Shown here: positions 51,521-62,675 of the stretch, in pieces
How positions within the stretch are numbered: the stretch's first letter is position 1
Layout: each line of letters starts with the position of its first letter
DNA from: Camelus dromedarius
Lineage: Eukaryota
DNA length: 64,000 nucleotides
Assembly: GCF_036321535.1 (NCBI RefSeq)
Contig: NC_087436.1
Span: 112,470,001-112,534,000 of the forward strand
Direction of reading: 5' to 3'
Position numbers and translations under genes: made by a program
Notes under the pieces: model-generated
What the model was told of the DNA's origin: nothing
The model's database searches: none
Seen by the model: the letters and a program-made list of their open reading frames with translations, nothing else

Positions 51521-52601
51521 CATTAACTTTGCCCAAAGAAAGGTGTCATTACTGAATCTAAACTCGTTCTGCTCACTGCAAGACAGACCAATAAATGGGG
51601 GATGAGGTGTTGGAGCAAGGAATAAAAGACTTTACTTGGAAAGCCAGCAGCCCAAGAAGACGGCAGACTAATGTCCCGGAGAACCATCTTCCCCAAGTCA
51701 GAATTCAGGCTGCTTTTATCCTGAAAAGGGGAGGGGCTGGGGCTGGTTGTTGCAGACTTCTTGGTGCCAGAGTCCTTTGCTCTGGCATCTGTCCACGTGG
51801 GTCAGGTCATGATGTTCCTGCAAACCTCCAGCAGGACGAATATTATTTTCTTTTCTGCAACTTTTTATCTTTATATGAATGGGGAAGTGTTAATACCCTT
51901 AAAGGTCAGAGCTTGAGAATGGGTAGACTGTATATTTCAGGCTCTAGGCAACAGTCTTTTACAAAAGGTGCAGAACCAGCATGACTGAGCCCAGGAAACA
52001 GAGCACAGGGATAGAGCCAAAGGAACAGGTCTAATACGCAGTCAGATTTGTTCTTCGCTCCTACAGAGTGGCCTTTATCTCTGGCTTCTGGGAGCTAACC
52101 GCCAAGCCCTTGGGATGGTCCACCTGATAGAAGTGCCTTTGTTTACCTGGGTCTTGGGCTGTGCCAAATAATTTGCACTGACAATGTGATCTGTGGTGGA
52201 GCCCTGGGACCAAGCAGTTATCAGCTGCCCCAAGGGACTGGATATGAAAGTCAGCCACGTGTGTAATCTGCTTTGTGTCTGTGCGACTGACCCCCATAAA
52301 AACTCTGGACATCAAGGGTTGGATGAGTGCCCTTGGTTGGCAACACCCAGTGCGTTCTGTCTCACGTGGTGGCTGAGAGAAGTAAGCACTGTCCTGATGT
52401 CACTGGAAGAGGACAAGAGGCAGCTCATACCTGGACCTCTCCTGGACCCCTCCCCGTGCCCTTCTTGTTGCTGATTTTGATCTGTGAGCTTTGGCTGTAA
52501 TAAATCACAACTGTGAGAATGATAGCTTTGCTGGGTTCTGCAGGTCTTTTTGTTGAATTACTGAAGCTGAGGTTGGTCTTGTAGACTCCCCTGAACTTAC
52601 A
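51521..52601 (+). mobile_element. MER21-like LTR interrupted by a younger LTR
   Basis: ttaactttgcccaaagaaaggtgt [insert] ggcctttatctctggcttctgggagc...gtaataaatcacaactgtgag...cccctgaacttaca. Confidence 0.72.
51547..52065 (-). mobile_element. ERV1-type (MER41-like) solo LTR nested in the MER21-like LTR
   Basis: Flanked by GTGT/GAGT (4-bp TSD with one mismatch); removing it rejoins the host LTR; ends ...ttgttcttcgctcctaCA. Confidence 0.72.
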
Positions 52602-53047
52602 CTTGGAGAACAGGCAGCATAGGAGAGGGCTCTGTGGCAGAAAATGCGAGAAAATGTTGGATGGGTCACTACCTCTGGTTCCCCCTGCACCCTCACCCCT
52701 GCCCCAGCCCCTCCATCCTGCCACTGGCATGGGGTCATGTCTCTAAGCATCCTGCATCTTCACATCAGTCCCTCAAGTCTCAAAATCTGGGGAGGGAGCA
52801 TCTGACTGGCTGAGCCTGGATCACGTCTTTGTCCGCTGGTTGCCTAGGGGCTTGGAGAGGGTTTTTGTGGTCTAGGGACCATGCCTCCTACCTGGCTCCA
52901 AACAATGGGGGATTCCTCCACCCCCCAAATAGGAAGAGTGTTCCAAGCCTCGGAAGATGAAGCTATCCACTCCAAATGACTTGGCTGCTCAGACCATCTC
53001 AGACATTTCTCTCTGAGATTAAAGAGTAGCGGGAAACTGCTTAGAAG

Positions 53048-53204
53048 CAGACCAGCTTAGCGGGCGTGCAAACCGTGCAGCCGGATAGGGCCCCACACTT
53101 GTTTTAATGCTCTGCTGTCACCGTCTTGAAGTTTTTCTTAATTTTTGAACAAGGGGCCAACATTTGGTTCTGCACCAGGCCCTGTAAATTGCGTAGCCCG
53201 TCGT
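53048..53204 (+). mobile_element. MER45-like hAT-Tip100 MITE
   Basis: gggcgtgcaaaccgtgcagcc...tttaatgctctgctgtcaccgtcttgaa...tttttgaacaaggggcc...gccctgtaaattgcgtagcc. Confidence 0.72.
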
Positions 53205-53741
53205 GCCTGGAAGTCATCAAACATCACACAAATGCAAGGGCTTGTTGTAAGCTTTGTTTACCAGGAAATGATCGAATCCATCAGACTTATTTTCACAGCT
53301 GCCTCTTTTATTATTATTATTTACTTTGACTTAGACTTAATGAAACTGCCATCTGTCCCACCTGTCACACCCCCTGAGCAGCACCCTCTGTGGGTATTAT
53401 AGGCTTTCTGCACCCCAGACCCACTTGCCTGCTCTGCTGCTGTCGGTCCCACTTGACTTTGACCTCTTGGTGCTTCCACTGCATCTGTCCTTCCCTCCAG
53501 AAATGCTCCTGCCTGGACTCAGCTGTCCTGTGCTGCCCTGGTTTGCCCCTTTCTTCAGATGTTGATCCTTTGTCTCTGCCATTCGCATTTGCTCTACTTT
53601 CTCTGTGCCCTTCAACCCTGGATGTACCTCCAGGGTGAGTTCCCTTTTGTGTCCGCTCTTCTCTAGATGCACCAGTTTTATCCCAAGTCTTCAAGCAGAG
53701 CTTCTCTGCCCAGGCTCCCAAGATGGTTGTTCTGACTGGCT

Positions 53742-53853
53742 GATGGGCATCACCACATGGATGGGCATCACTGCATGGATGGGCATTACCATGTGGATGG
53801 GCATTACCATGTTGGTGGGCATCACTGCATGGAAGGGCATCACCACATGGATG
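53742..53853 (+). repeat. 18-bp minisatellite, 6 copies, inside an L2 remnant
   Basis: Units GATGGGCATCACCACATG, GATGGGCATCACTGCATG, GATGGGCATTACCATGTG, GATGGGCATTACCATGTT, GGTGGGCATCACTGCATG, GAAGGGCATCACCACATG. Confidence 0.95.
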
Positions 53854-54959
53854 CCTCAATTAGGTCCAAATCTAATGTCATCAGCCCAAGCCACCTCCCC
53901 ATCCCACTCTCCTGATTCTGCCCATGTGACCGTCAGCCTTCTAGCTTAACTAGTCTCCACTTCTTTCCTGCCTACACATTGTTATCTTATTTAAGACATG
54001 TCCATCATTAACATCACTTGTAAAATTATTTCCAGTAGGGAGTTGGGTGCATCAGAATCTCTGGGCAGAGGCTGGGGTGGAGAGGTATGTACGTCAGCAA
54101 AGTCTCACCGGATGCCATTCCTCAAGCCAGGTGCACAGCAGGGCCAACAAATATTTGTTGAGGAAATGAATGAATGAAATATTTTTTGGCTCTCAGGGCC
54201 CCTATAACTAGTGGAGGAGGTAATAATGAACATCTCCAAGCTCCAAGGTCAAGTAAGAGCTACAACCACAAGGAGTCACATTTTCAGCATCAAGCCCTAC
54301 AACAAGAATTCTGGTAAAGAATTTTTGTATGATTCTTAAATATATTTAAATAAAAATCTTACAAAACTATTTGAATTTAAACATGTCCAACTGATTTTCA
54401 CAGCCCCTGATCCTCCCATCCTGTCAAGAACCACATCATCTCCTGCCTGGCGATTGGAGTCACTTCCTAACCATGCTCACTGTTTCTATTCTGCGCCACC
54501 GGCGAGTGGTTCGGGGGTTTCACGTGTGGACACTGGGCGAGAGAAAGCCTCCACTCGAGGGTCTCCACCCAGTGGGACGGGAGGGGATGGGAGCCTGGGG
54601 TTGCGGGTGGTCAGGCTCTCGGCTACTTGAAGAAAGGCGGTCACTGGTCAGGAAGAGTAAAACAAACGAAGCCCCAGCAACAGAATCTGATCACCGGATC
54701 CAGCTGTGCCTGGATCTGCCACTAGCCTTTCTGGACACCTAAGTCAGCACCCTTTGTGTGTGAACTCCTTTGGAGCCAGGTTTCTGTTTCTTACAAACAA
54801 AAGGCTTCTGGCAAATGCAGTTTTCCAAGTTTCAGTTTCCTCTTCTGCAAAATAAGCCACCTCCTAGGTCTGTGACGAGGATCAAATGAATGAGTATTGG
54901 ACCAGAGCTTTGTCAATACACAGTACAATTATTCATTGTCATGTGCTGGCCTAAAGCTC

Positions 54960-55560
54960 CTATCAGCTAGGATGCTTTGGGTTGCAAGCGATAGAGCATG
55001 CAACTAAAATTACGTTCAGCCCTGGTTACTCGAAGTGTGGTCCCTGGACCAACATCAGCATCATCTGGGAGCTTTTGGGAAAGGCAAAGCCAGCGGCCTC
55101 ACTCCAGCCCCATGAATTTATATCTCTGTGTTACATCAAGTTCCCTGAGAGATCCTCGCTCACTAAATTTGGAAATCAATGGCTTCAGCAGCAAGGATTT
55201 ATTAACTTGTATACAAGAAGTGCAAAGCTAGCTGGGAGCGGGTTGTTTAATTTCCTCAGTGGCCTGGGTGCTTTCTACACTGCTTCTTGGTTTACTGGCT
55301 TCTGTGCTTGGGTTTGTCTCATGGTCACAGGATGGTGGCCTTAGCCTCCAATACATATCTCCATAGACTCATGTTCAAGAACAGGAGGGGCAATTTCTCC
55401 TCACATATCCTTTCCATTAAGGAGGAGAATCCTTCCCCAAGTCCTCAAAGGACCTCTCCTTCTGCCTCAGAAGCTGAGGCTGCATCCCGTGCTCACCCCT
55501 AAGTGGTCATGGATGCAGGGAATGAAGGGACCACAAATGGCTCAAACGAAGCCACATGCA
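54960..55560 (-). mobile_element. Old MLT1-type LTR interrupted by a MER5-like MITE (~55018-55178)
   Basis: tcagctaggatgctttgggttgcaagcgatag...[tggttactcgaagtgtggtccctggaccaacatcagcatcatctgggagct]...atggcttcagcagcaaggatttatt. Confidence 0.55.
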
Positions 55561-57039
55561 TTGCCTGTGGCCATGGAGGGGCAGCTCTCTTGAGCATGTG
55601 GGAGAGGGAATGCCCAGACCTGGGCTTTGCCAGCAGGGGAAGAGGGCAGAGTCAGCTGTGGAACACCACTAGGAGGGTCTGCCACATGTATAAGAGAAGT
55701 GTCATTTAGAGTCTGGAGTGATCATGGTGTTCTGTTCTCTGATCCATCAGTTAAAGTCCAAGTCATGGGGACCTCATCCATGGGTCATGGTGGGTGGAGA
55801 TTTTTTCCAGGTGTATTAAGTGAGTTTTTCGTTAGTTCAGAAAGGCCAAGGAAATAGGTTGGGTAGATAGAGGCCCCCAGAGGACATTCTAAGCCTTCCC
55901 CAGTGTCAAGGCCACACCCATAGCACCAACAGTGTCCCTGCTCTGTGCAGCCCAGCCCAACAGTGCCACATGAGCTCCGTCATCTCTTCACCTAGTGAGG
56001 GCCTGACATCTTCAAGGGATAGAGTCCAAGGCATCTGTAATTTCTGAATTCACAAATAAGGCTTCACCTGTGGACACTCTGGAAACTCAAAAACCAGAAG
56101 GCCTCCCTGAGTCCTGCCAAGCCCCAAGCTGGAGGACACTCGGGATCTTCATTGAAGGGAAGGATGTCCTGCTTCCAGACTCAACTCCCATTTGACAAGC
56201 CAGGCAGCACCCCCAGATGGGGCTTGTCAGGGCCGCCAGGACCCAGGCAGCCTCTAGTCCCAGTGATGAGGGAGCAGCTCCTGCCGAAAAGCACTCTTAT
56301 CCCGGGAGATCTCCGAAAGACTGAAAACGGCAGGAACAAGGATGCTCTGTGGGGAGGTGAGCAGCAGGTGAACCCTGGGTCCCTGTGCTCCTCCAAGTTG
56401 AATTATTTATGATGCTGTATCGGTCAGGTAGTGTTTTTAATTAGCATCCTGGGAAAAGACTGCAGCCTCGAAGCCCTCTTGTGGAATCTCAGGGAAAGCT
56501 CCACGGCCCACTGAATTGTTTTGGTAACAGCGTGAAATCCTGAGCAAGGGGAGCCGGCAGGGCTGCTGGCTCAGGTCTGAGAGGTTTTCCTTGCGGAGGA
56601 AGGAAGGGCTGAGGCATTTCCCCACGTATTGGAGGGCTGACCCTGCTCCAGGGCAGAGTTGGGAGGCTTGAATGGATGGCGTCCGTGAGGCAAGGCCAGG
56701 TTTCTGGCCCTCAGCAGGCAGCAGCTAGTGTATCCTGGCGAGGCATCGCCCAAGGGCTCCACACGGTCTCCGAGCAGCACCTGAGCGGCTCCAGCAGCAG
56801 AAACCTGGGGACTGACAAGCCGGCTTCCTCAGCGTGTTTGTCCCTGCTCGGCTTTTTGGAGGTACTGCTTGAGTATCTCCAGGTGCAGCCAAGAGATGAC
56901 CAGAGCGAGAAGCCAGGGAGGAAGCAAACGGCAGCTCTGAGGAACCAGGAACGCAGAATCGGATGCTTGGAGCCACACAGAGGTGAGGACCTCTGGCCGC
57001 ATGTTCCTAAATCCCGTATTAGGGGCCTTCATTACATGG

Positions 57040-57525
57040 GAGGAGGCAGTGGAGCAGGATGGAGGAAGATACCAGACCTGCAAAGAACCAGCTCTGCCCC
57101 TAACTCGCTGTGTGACCTTGGACACCTTGGACACACTTAACCTCTCAGCATCTCAGTTTCCTTCTCTGTAAAATGAGACAATGATAATGACCTAGCACAT
57201 ACAGCTACTCAAAAAAGAATACTTGCTTCCTTTGGTCTTTGGGGAAGTTTTACCTGACCTCTCTGACCCTTGGTTTCTTCTTCTGCAGATAAAATAATCC
57301 CCATGACATTGAATTGTGGAGAAAATATAATCACAGCTGATGTGTTCACATTGGCCAAGAGTTTATTCCATGCTTGTCCCATTTGCAGTGCTTCACGTGT
57401 ATTATTCACTCACTTATCCTCTCAATGAACCTATGAAGCAGGTACTACTATCATCTCCATCGTACAGGTGAGGAAATGAGACACAGAGAGGTTAAGAAAC
57501 CAACCCAAGGCACACAGCCCAGTAG
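57040..57525. mobile_element. MIR remnants in both orientations
   Basis: gctgtgtgaccttgg...tctcagtttccttctctgtaaaatgagac; atcctctcaatgaacctatgaagcaggtact...gaggaaatgagacacagagaggttaag. Confidence 0.7.
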
Positions 57526-57809
57526 AGCAACCTAGATGCTCATCAACATTTGCTTGGGGGAAAGATGGGCGACTTGTCTCTAAGATATTAGTCTAGGTAT
57601 TCTGAGGGATGGGACTAGGAGCAATTTTAAGTTTCTTCTTTGGGATTTTCTGTTTCCAGGTTTTCTACCACAAAATGTGTAATTTTCATTATCACACAAA
57701 AAAATCTCAACAAAGGTTAAAATGTATGAAAATGAAAACCACAGTTCCGCCCTCCTACACTGATGCTCTGCAGGTCGCTGAGAAGAGAGTGTGGGACACT
57801 TTGATCTGA

Positions 57810-58093
57810 GCGACATACCTAGGAAAGGTGAATCCACAACGATAGATGCAGACTGGGGGCTGCCAGGGGCTGGGGACAGAGGGGTGGGGAGCAACTGCTT
57901 AATGGGATCAGAGCTTTGTTTTGGGGAGATGAAGATGCTTTGGAACTAGACGGGGTGGTAGTTGTGCAAGACTGTGAATGTCCTAAATGCCAGTGAATTG
58001 TACACTTTAAAATGGTTAATTTTTTTTTTAAATTGAAGTATTTACAATGTTGTGTTAGTTTCTGGTGTACAGCATAGTGATTCAGTAACAGAC

Positions 58094-58125
<32 letters not shown>

Positions 58126-58175
58126 ATAAAATGGTTAGTTTTATGTTATGTGAGTTCTACTACAATTTTTTGAAA
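57810..58175 (+). mobile_element. Old L1MB-type 3' end with a nested ~106-bp antisense young L1 tail (58021-58126) carrying a TG microsatellite
   Basis: Host: gatagatgcagactgggggctgccagggg...gaattgtacactttaaaatgg; nested piece flanked by TSD TAAAATGGTTAAT (58008) / TAAAATGGTTAGT (58127). Confidence 0.82.
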
Positions 58176-59739
58176 AAGGAGAAGAGGGTCCTGCACAGTT
58201 GATTCCTGTCCCATGGCTGGATCTGCCGAATGACCGTCCCCCGCCCCCCTGTCACAGAAGGAGCTTCAGCTGAGAAATCTTCCTCCTGTGTTTTTTGTCT
58301 GATGCTCAGGGAGGGGCCACCTGCCTGTTGTGGGCCCCACCACCCTCTGGGGTGAGGAGGCCCCTTGGAACCCTGAGGGCCTTTTCTGGTTGAAAAGCCT
58401 GTCCCTTCTGTTCCTGTCCCCTCCCTGGGGCCACGCAGCCGCATCCCGGTGCGGCCCCCAGGGCGCAGCGCGGGTGGGGAGGGCGTGCGGCGGGTCTGTG
58501 GATGCTGGGCCCTTCTTTGCTGGGCTTAATCTTCGCTCTTTACCATCCTGTGGTCGTTCGCGGTGAGTCATTTTTCCCCTTCAGCCCACTGCATCCCTTG
58601 AGTTGAGTGAGTCTCCCTGAGCACCAAACTGGAAAGCTGACATCTCAGGATCAGCGGGAGGGAAATGAGGAGGCAGCCCCTGCAAGCCCCCGAGCAGTCT
58701 TATGACCTGGAATTTGCTCCCGGCTCCGCTGCCTCTCTCTCCAGAGAAGCCTGTTCCACAAAAGCTGCCTGAATTGGTGGCCATTTGCACCTGCTCTGTG
58801 GCCCTGGGGCCCAGTCATAGGGCCAACCTGCTTCCAATTTCAACACCACAGTTAGGAGACCAAGTTGGTGAGGCGGTCGTTAGCAGGAGAGAGCTCAGAG
58901 GCCCTCCAGGCAGTCTAGAAAGGCTGGACTGTGTCTTCATTTCTCCTCCTTCCCTCCTCCAAACAGCAAGCACCCTGCAACTGTCTCCAGATGATTTCTG
59001 TGGCACGACAATGAAAGGTGGTGCTTGAATCTCAGCTCTGCCACTCCCTGGCTGGGTGGTTTGGGCTCTTTCTCTGCTTCCTTGAGCTTGGATTTCCTTG
59101 GCTCTCCAGGGAAATAAGAGCAGCCCCCACCTCTCGGAGGCGTGGAGAGGCTGGGGTGGCGAAGGGCCGAGGGGCAGCAGGCCCTGGGGAGGGGGTCGGT
59201 AACCCTGAGCAGCGATGGGATGATGTCAGTGTGGGAAAGGGGACGGCCACCCAGGGCCACAACACTTTCACTTTCAAAAATGTCCTGCAGCCACTTTATT
59301 TACTTTCCCAGAGTTCAGCTCCGGGTTTAAACAACTGGACCTACCAACAAGGCTTTGCAACATAAATAAAGAAACTTCTTCTTCCTCCTGGCTGCCAGGA
59401 ATCAGATCCCCTCCTGCCTCCGGGAAGGGAAGGCGCTGCCCTGTCCCGTGGGCACCAGGGAGATCACTGGAAGGGCTGTTCCCTAACCGCAGGAGGGCAG
59501 CGAGTGATCATAATTCCCGGCGGGGCGTCCTCCGCTGCGGCAGGAGGGCGCAGCTTGTCCCGGGCTCCCCGACCCCCGCGGCACCTGGAGGAGCAGCTCC
59601 GTGCAGTGGGAAAGGCTTGGCAGCCAAAGCTCTGCCTCTTACTGGAGGCAGGGACCCTTGAGGGGGACGCGGAAGCTCTCTGAGCCTCTCTCTCCTCATC
59701 TGCAAAATAGAGACAACGACTGTCCTCGTGGGGCGGGGG

Positions 59740-60069
59740 CTCGTTTGCTAGGGCTGCTGGCACCAAGGGCCACAAACCGGTGGCTTAGACAGCAGGTGTG
59801 CACTGTCGCACTGCAAGGGGAGGATCTGTCCCAGGCCTCTCTCCTCAGCTCATAGACGGTCACCTTCTCTCTATGTCTGTCTTTGTGTCCAAGTGTCCCC
59901 CTTTTATAAGGTCACCAGTTATTCTGGATTTGGGGCCACCCTAATGACTCATCTTAACTAATGACTCTGTAAAGACCCTGCCTCTGAAAAGGGGGTAGGG
60001 ACTTCAACATGAATTTGGGGGGGGGGCCATTCAACCCTGTCGGGGGGGGGGTGCCATTCAACCCTCTCA
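59740..60069 (-). mobile_element. MLT1A/B-like MaLR LTR with a terminal tandem duplication
   Basis: ttgctagggctgctggcacc...ttttataaggtcaccagttattctggatttggggccaccctaatgac; G-run plus ccattcaaccct occurs twice. Confidence 0.72.
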
Positions 60070-60167
60070 GGGTGGCTGCCATGCTGATAGGAGATGGAGA
60101 GGTGACTGTTCATAAATGTGTTCGCTTGTCTCTTCTAGAGGTGGGGAAGCCTTGGTCTTGGGGACAT

Positions 60168-60739
60168 TGAAAGAGGATTAATAAAATGGCCACACTTAGG
60201 CTAACAGATTGCTTATTCTTATGCTTGCCCTTCGAACAGTCAACGGACCTGACCGATTGCTACTCACAGCTCCAGGCCCTTTGTTAAAATAAAGCTATTA
60301 ATTCTGTTTCTGCTTTATTCCAGTGATCAAAAGTAATAATCACACTTGGTTTCTGACTTGTTCTCCAGGGAGAAGGTCACAGAACTGTAACCTTACAAAG
60401 TAGGCTAAATACCAAGAAGACCACGCCTTGGGCTCTTAGGAGATAAAGAGACTGAAAAAGTGGTAACTTTTGGCCTCTATAGAATTGGTCACCTGGAGGC
60501 ATCATGACTAAGTCTTATCACTTGGAAAATGAATGTGTTGACTGTTTATTGTTTGAGCTCTGAGCTCTGGCTACATAACCACCCCACCCCATCCCTAAGA
60601 CGGGTGTACACTTTAGAAGGCACCAGCCTGCTGTGAGTCCCCTTCACCAGGCAAAGCAGTAAAGCTGTCTCTTTCCTTCTAAGCTCCAAGACCCTGTCTC
60701 TGAGTTATTTGGTTCATCAGGGACGAGGCAGATCTGGCA
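60168..60739 (+). mobile_element. ERV1-type solo LTR
   Basis: TG...CA ends with perfect TSD ACAT (60164-60167, 60740-60743); AGTAAA poly(A)-like signal at 60658. Confidence 0.82.
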
Positions 60740-61127
60740 ACATTTCTGCTGTTCTCTTCTGGCCGTGGCAGCAGAAGCAACTCTTGTAGGACTCTTGCTG
60801 GGTGGTTCCCTGCTGCATTCCAGACGATTCCACTGTACACTCTATGATGGACATGGCCACGAGCTCAGCGTAAAATGTCCCAGGGACCCAGACACCTGGC
60901 TTAGTGAATTTTTGTTTTCTCTTCCCCAAGTTTCAGGCTTCTTTGCTCAAGAAGCAGTCGGGGTTGGAAGCCGAAATCCCAGGCCCGGATTCAGGCCAAT
61001 CCACACCCAATGCCCCACCCCCATTCCTCAGCAATGGAATTTTGCCAAGTCTCTTCACCTTGGGAATCAAGCAAATGGGCCACATACATTGTGTCTGGGA
61101 TACAGCGTGGTCTTGAATCAATTCTAT

Positions 61128-61540
61128 TGTTATGGAAACGACAGGCCAGTCAAGAAACAAGCACCACTCGGAGGGTTGGAGTACTCAGATGTATTACGCC
61201 GGCGGGCTCAGAGGGGCTTCTGCTCCGAAGCTCTGAGCACCTCCAAGACGTGCGCATGAGGTTTTATAGGGTAAAGTACAAGCTTGGGGTATTCGGCCAG
61301 TAGGCATGGAACAGCTTTAGCAGTATTATCATCACAAAAGTGGGGGCGGGGAGGCAGCAAACCAACATTCCAAAGCCAGATACATATCTTTGAAAACCCA
61401 GCTGGCTAGCAGAAAACATGAACAGCAAACCAACACTAATTAACCTAGATTTACAAGTTAGTCCAGCAGAACTCAGATCAGTATTCCGATACTTAGATTT
61501 GTGAGTTATCTTGTTAGCCCAGCCCGGCTTTTCCTTCACA
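61128..61540 (-). mobile_element. Young ERV1-type solo LTR (CpGs retained)
   Basis: TG...CA ends, perfect TSD CTAT (61124-61127, 61541-61544); CCTATAAAA TATA box on the minus strand, GC box. Confidence 0.88.
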
Positions 61541-61998
61541 CTATCGAGTGTACGTGGATATTTACTATCGGTGTAAGTCCCTGTGTTATGTGGTGTGTCC
61601 CTCTTGGTCTCTGTCCTCCTGAGCCCATCCAGGCACCATGCCTTGTGCCCCATTTGAAAGTGGACAACTTCTCTGCTCCATTTGCTTTAGCATCTAACTG
61701 GTAAACGGGGTGAGAGTTCCTCAGTCAAGGCATGATGGGTCAAAGAAGCCACGTTCCCCCAGACTATCTGGTCTTCAGGACATCCTTGGTGAGCCCCCTG
61801 GGCCCTTGAGCCAAAGACTCGGCTGCACAGGCAGAGTCCCCGTGCTGGGCTGGCGAGCAGAGATGAACTTTGAGGGGCCGGGCCAGGTGGGAATTCCTGC
61901 CCTAAGCAGCTCAGGACAGGGGCACCAGGTGGAGCTGTGAAGACCCCTACTGCAGGAGAGTCTGTGATTTCTAAATGACACCAAGAGGGCAGTGCTCT

Positions 61999-62675
61999 TG
62001 TCAAACACTGAGGCAAAGAAAGCCAAACTCTGACAGTGGGGTTTGCAGCAAAATAAGGGTTCATTTGCAGGGTACCAAGCAAGGAGAATGGGTCCTTCTG
62101 GAATTTGAAAAGATCTGAACTCCCTGATGACTTTCAGGGAAGGGCTTTAAAGAGAGTGCGAGGGGAGAGGGTCCTCAGACGTGTGATCAGCTCATGGACA
62201 TTCTTCTGATTGGTGGCTGTTGCAGGAATCTTCATCATCAGCCTTCTGGCTCCAGCCAGTCTGGGGTCCACGTGCTTGTGGTCAGCATGTAGTCAGCATC
62301 CTCACCCAGGGCAGGAGTTTTCGTTTCTATAGAACAACTCCAAGATATGCACCAGACGGTTATCTAGCTCCAGGAGGACCCAGGAGGCCTGAGATTCCAT
62401 TGTCCTAATCTGTAACTGCTTGAGTCTGTTCTGTGGGACTTGGGGAAGGCCTAGGAGACAGAAGCCTTTTTTCCTACAAATAAGAGATGGGCACGGAGGG
62501 GCTTTTGTACTCAGGAAGGCCCCGCAGGGTCCTGCTTGGTTTCAGTCCCCACTTCTCTTTGATGTTCATCAGTCCTGAGTGGAACAGCGGCGGAACAAGA
62601 AAGGGAATGAGTTTGGACAGAGAGGGTAATCATAAACTCAGTGAGGGAGCTCAGTTTTAGAGGGACTGGGTTTCA
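61999..62675 (-). mobile_element. ERV1-type LTR (same family as 38777-39247) with a 131-bp extension containing a polypurine tract
   Basis: TG...CA, TSD CTCT/CTTT; shares gaactccctga, tgatcagctcatg, ctgattggt and ggaaggcccc(a/g)cagggtcctgct with the 38.8-kb LTR. Confidence 0.78.

Noticed and set aside
53742..53853. Possible CRISPR-like array
   Set aside because: Contiguous tandem units without unique spacers; mammalian context and no cas genes.
53365..53949. ORFs with periodic HPCGDA / MGITTW motifs resembling a repeat protein
   Set aside because: Simply translations of the 18-bp minisatellite within an L2 remnant.
60168..62675. A single provirus bounded by two LTRs
   Set aside because: The LTRs differ in sequence and orientation, each has its own TSD, and no gag/pol/env remnants lie between them.
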